IMG/VR virus record: IMGVR_UViG_3300025695_001209
Coordinates: 1-64,000 of that record
Source: a virus
Reading direction: 5' to 3' (one strand)
Length of the DNA stretch: 64,000 nucleotides
Shown here: positions 61,108-64,000 of the stretch, piece by piece
Position numbering within the stretch: position 1 is the stretch's first letter
How the letters are laid out: the number at the start of each line of letters is the position of its first letter
The notes under the pieces: generated by a model
Databases searched by the model: none
What the model saw: only the letters and a program-made list of their open reading frames with translations
Told to the model about the DNA's origin: nothing
Made by a program: the position numbers and the translations under genes

Positions 61108-61696
61108 CGATTTAATGCAAAAATTAGCCATGTCTAAAAAGATTATGGATGCCACGGAAAATATTAAACCAGGACAACAAGGTTTATCTCAGTTACCTAT
61201 GTCTGAAAATATAGATGCAAAATATAACATACCACAGGATATGTTACAACAAGCACCACAACAACCAACATCTTCACCTCAAATGTCACAACAACCTGTG
61301 ACCGAAGATAAAATTCAAAATTCTAATTTACCTGATGAAATTAAGAAATTAATGATGGAACACCCAATACAACAACCAAATTTCGGTGGTGGTGGTGCTA
61401 CATTATCTGACGATGTTATTGAAGGTGCACAAAGACTAATGGGTAGAAATAACCCACAACCTATAAATGAGACACCTAAGACTAACCCGTCAAAAACAAT
61501 GACAGGTAATAATGGAGAACTTAAACAAATGATTAGAGACGTTGTTAGAGACACTGTTAGGGATGTTGTCAGAGAAGAGTTACAAAGTTCAGGGATGTTA
61601 ACTGAAGGAGGTTCAAAGACAAATGAAACACTACAACTTAGAGTGGGAAAGCACGTTTTTGAGGGTAAAGTAACAAAAATCAAAAAGGTAAAATAA
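61100..61696 (+). CDS. Gln/Pro-rich hypothetical protein
   Basis: 198 aa, low-complexity centre, IRDVVRDTVRDVVREEL 4-aa periodicity. Confidence 0.65.
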   Translation: MNNDLMQKLAMSKKIMDATENIKPGQQGLSQLPMSENIDAKYNIPQDMLQQAPQQPTSSPQMSQQPVTEDKIQNSNLPDEIKKLMMEHPIQQPNFGGGGATLSDDVIEGAQRLMGRNNPQPINETPKTNPSKTMTGNNGELKQMIRDVVRDTVRDVVREELQSSGMLTEGGSKTNETLQLRVGKHVFEGKVTKIKKVK

Positions 61697-61751
61697 CCAA
61701 CCCCTTTTCTTATTCTTTTTTTTGTGTTATACTTTTATCAAAAGTGAAAGT

Positions 61752-62966
61752 ATGTCAAAAATTAAAGTATTAGTATTACCTTCTGACCGTACAGGTGTAG
61801 GTAAATTTCGTTCAGTAGAACCCCATATATTCTTACAACAATCAAACCCTGAAGATTTTCATGTGGACATTGATTATGAGCCAAGGATTAACGATTTAAA
61901 CTATTGGAAACAATATGATATGGTATGTTTCCATAGGTCAATTGGTCGTGACCCTAGACAATCCGTAGAGATTGTTAAGATGTTAAATAAATTAGGTGTT
62001 GTAACGGTCATGGATTTAGATGACTATTGGTTACCAACAAAGGACCACCCAGCACATAATATAGTTCTTAAAAATGAAATACATCTTAGAATTATTGACA
62101 ACTTAAAAGTTGCTCAATATGTTACCACAACGACTTCTTTATTCGCAACAGAGATTAAAAAATATAATAAAAATGTTTTTATTCTACCAAACGCGATTAA
62201 CCCAAAAGAACCTCAATTTAATGCTGAAACCAAACCATCTGATAAAGTTAGATTTGGTTGGTTAGGTGGTTCATCACACTTAGAAGATTTAAAGTTACTA
62301 AATGGTAGTTTTTCAAGATTGAAAGATTTAAAAGACCAATATAGTGTACATCTTTGTGGTTTCGATACGAGAGGTACTGTAACTGAAATTAATCCTAAGA
62401 CTAATGAACAAAAACAACGTCCAATAAAACCACATGAAACGGTATGGGCAGAGTATGAAAAGATTTTCACTAACAACTATAACTTAGTAACACCTGAACA
62501 TAAGGAATTCTTATTAAAGTATAGTCAGGAACCTTTTACGTTAGATGAAGAACCTTTCTACAATAGAGTATGGACCGAACCTGTCACATCATATGCTAAA
62601 AACTACGCAAATTTCGATGTGTCTTTAGCACCACTTAAAAATCACATATTTAATAGGGCCAAATCACAATTAAAAGTTATCGAGGCAGGTTTTTATAAAA
62701 AAGCCATTATCGCTTCAGATATCGGACCCTATGGAATTGATTTGACACATTCACTTAAAAATGGTAACTTTACTGACGGTAATGCTTTATTAGTGAAAGA
62801 AAGTAGAAACCATAGTGATTGGTCTAAATTCATGAAAAAATTAATTACTAACCCATCATGGGTTGAGGATTTAGGTGAGAGACTTTATGAGACGGTCTCT
62901 AAGACTTATGACTTAAATATTGTAACAGCAACAAGAGCAGAAATTTATAAAGAAATAACACGATGA
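61752..62966 (+). CDS. Glycosyltransferase (GT-B, GT4-like); start reassigned to MSKIKVL
   Basis: MDLDDYW, VTTTT, ILPNAI, GWLGGSSHLEDL, DVSLAPL...FNRAKSQLKVIEAG...IIASDIGPY. Confidence 0.85.
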   Translation: MSKIKVLVLPSDRTGVGKFRSVEPHIFLQQSNPEDFHVDIDYEPRINDLNYWKQYDMVCFHRSIGRDPRQSVEIVKMLNKLGVVTVMDLDDYWLPTKDHPAHNIVLKNEIHLRIIDNLKVAQYVTTTTSLFATEIKKYNKNVFILPNAINPKEPQFNAETKPSDKVRFGWLGGSSHLEDLKLLNGSFSRLKDLKDQYSVHLCGFDTRGTVTEINPKTNEQKQRPIKPHETVWAEYEKIFTNNYNLVTPEHKEFLLKYSQEPFTLDEEPFYNRVWTEPVTSYAKNYANFDVSLAPLKNHIFNRAKSQLKVIEAGFYKKAIIASDIGPYGIDLTHSLKNGNFTDGNALLVKESRNHSDWSKFMKKLITNPSWVEDLGERLYETVSKTYDLNIVTATRAEIYKEITR

Positions 62967-63664
62967 TTAACGTACCGAAGACAAAACTATTATTTTTCGA
63001 CATTGAAACTGTCGGGATTGAGGAAGATTTTAAAACCCTAAAAAAGAATAGACCCGAACTTGCAAAATTGTTTGAGTCATATAAAGGATGGATTATAAAG
63101 AGATTTCCTGAAGAGGAAGATAGTACTATTGATGAAATGTTTTATAATAAATCGGCACTGATACCTGAGTTTGCCAAAATAATAGTTGCGTCTTTTGCGT
63201 TTCACACACCTAATGGTGATGTTCACACACAAACATTCTCATCAGATGAGGAGGTTGAGGTCTTAAACGACATTAAAGGACTACTAAATAAAGTTAGTAA
63301 AATGGACTTTTATCTATGTGGTCATAATATTAAGAACTTTGACATCCCTATGATTGGAAAGAGAATGTTAATTAACGGTATTAAACCACCATCCCTTTTA
63401 CCACAATACGACACCAAACCGTGGGAAATAAAGGCAGTTGACACTATGGAGTTATGGAAATTTGGAAATAACTATTCTATGGCATCTTTAGAACTTATGT
63501 GTGTATCGATGGGTGTGTCATCCCCAAAAGAAGGTGAGGTTACTGGTAACATTGTCCACAAAACATATTGGGAGACAGGTGGTTTAGACCCCATTGCCAA
63601 ATATTGTGATGAGGATGTGGATGTCCTTGCAAAATTAATAGATAAAATATATAACTTAGTATAA
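62963..63664 (+). CDS. DEDD 3'-5' exonuclease (PolB-exo / DnaQ-like)
   Basis: FFDIETV, CGHNIKNFDIP, DTMELW, YCDEDV. Confidence 0.88.
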   Translation: MINVPKTKLLFFDIETVGIEEDFKTLKKNRPELAKLFESYKGWIIKRFPEEEDSTIDEMFYNKSALIPEFAKIIVASFAFHTPNGDVHTQTFSSDEEVEVLNDIKGLLNKVSKMDFYLCGHNIKNFDIPMIGKRMLINGIKPPSLLPQYDTKPWEIKAVDTMELWKFGNNYSMASLELMCVSMGVSSPKEGEVTGNIVHKTYWETGGLDPIAKYCDEDVDVLAKLIDKIYNLV

Positions 63665-64000
63665 TGGGAAGAATGAAAGATATGACAGAAGGTCTTAGAA
63701 TGTTAAAAGACCTAAAAAAAGGATTAGGGGGTATGGATACGAACAACCCTCAAAAAATGCTAGACTCAATGGGTTTAGATATGGATGAACTAAATAGAAC
63801 ATTTATTGAAGCTTCATCACCAAAAACCACATTAAGATACTCATATAAGTCAGTAAATACTGAACCGTCATACGCATACCCCACTGACTCAGGTTTTGAC
63901 CTCAGAGCCAACAAAAAGGTCACACTTGAACCACTAGAAAGATTTTTAGTACCCACAGGTCTATTTTTAGATATCCCTGATGGTTACGAAGTTCAAGTCA
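63664..64000 (+). CDS. dut: Trimeric dUTPase with N-terminal extension, runs off the right edge
   Basis: Not in the ORF track. ATG at 63664 gives MGRMKDM...PSYAYPTDSGFDLRA...LEPLERFLVPTGLFLDIPDGYEVQV, containing dUTPase motif 1. Confidence 0.9.
   Translation, partial: MGRMKDMTEGLRMLKDLKKGLGGMDTNNPQKMLDSMGLDMDELNRTFIEASSPKTTLRYSYKSVNTEPSYAYPTDSGFDLRANKKVTLEPLERFLVPTGLFLDIPDGYEVQV

Noticed and set aside
61722-61751. Upstream start for the glycosyltransferase
   Set aside because: It lies in a T-rich intergenic/promoter-like stretch. ATG at 61752 gives a typical GT-B first strand (KIKVLVL).
7038-63956. Numerous short antisense or alternate-frame ORFs, e.g. 20498..21103, 27010..27360, 43723..44025, 60213..60632, 63750..63956
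   Set aside because: They lie within or opposite well-supported genes, have no motifs, and show the Ser/Ile/Phe-rich composition expected of antisense frames.
1-64000. Stop-codon reassignment as seen in some large phages
   Set aside because: Genes are full length and densely packed under the standard code. TAG and TGA both end genes at sensible positions, for example 27618, 50431 and 41060.
1-64000. tRNA, rRNA, integrase or transposase genes; bacterial contractile injection system
   Set aside because: No such RNA or mobile-element signatures were recognised by eye. Neck proteins and a full replisome indicate a phage rather than an eCIS or tailocin. Capsid, portal and terminase are presumably outside the window.

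Overview
The window is a 64-kb internal segment of a large AT-rich tailed dsDNA phage with a contractile tail, distantly T4-like and probably jumbo-sized. The host is most likely a Bacteroidota/Flavobacteriales bacterium. Evidence for that: TTTG-N19-TAnnTTTR promoters, A-rich leaders without Shine-Dalgarno sites, SprB-type repeats and a flavobacterial-type class Id ribonucleotide reductase. Virion genes are sheath, tube, tape measure, a chaperone pair, baseplate gp6/gp25/gp53/hub-like proteins, neck proteins and a giant fibre/adhesin. They are interleaved with replication and nucleotide-metabolism genes: PolB, DnaB-like helicase, RecA/UvsX, gp32-like SSB, 5'-3' exonuclease, SNF2 helicase, NrdAB, DEDD exonuclease and dUTPase. 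The most notable observations are: (1) a Mn/Fe-SOD fused to a PD-(D/E)XK-like domain through a protease-site-like linker, one of several accessory proteins with candidate capsid-targeting/L-x-E processing peptides; (2) an ATP-cone-NrdB class Id RNR in the same genome as the SOD; (3) a candidate +1 frameshift (TTT_TTT_CGT) in the tail chaperone pair; (4) an OmpA-like peptidoglycan-binding domain inserted in a baseplate protein; (5) a predicted membrane-spanning structural protein; (6) a mucin-like stalk plus SprB-repeat adhesin that the ORF track missed; (7) a recurring sense-strand TATTTAT(A) motif that is the reverse complement of the T4 late promoter. All family calls come from motif recognition by eye. 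No database searches were run.
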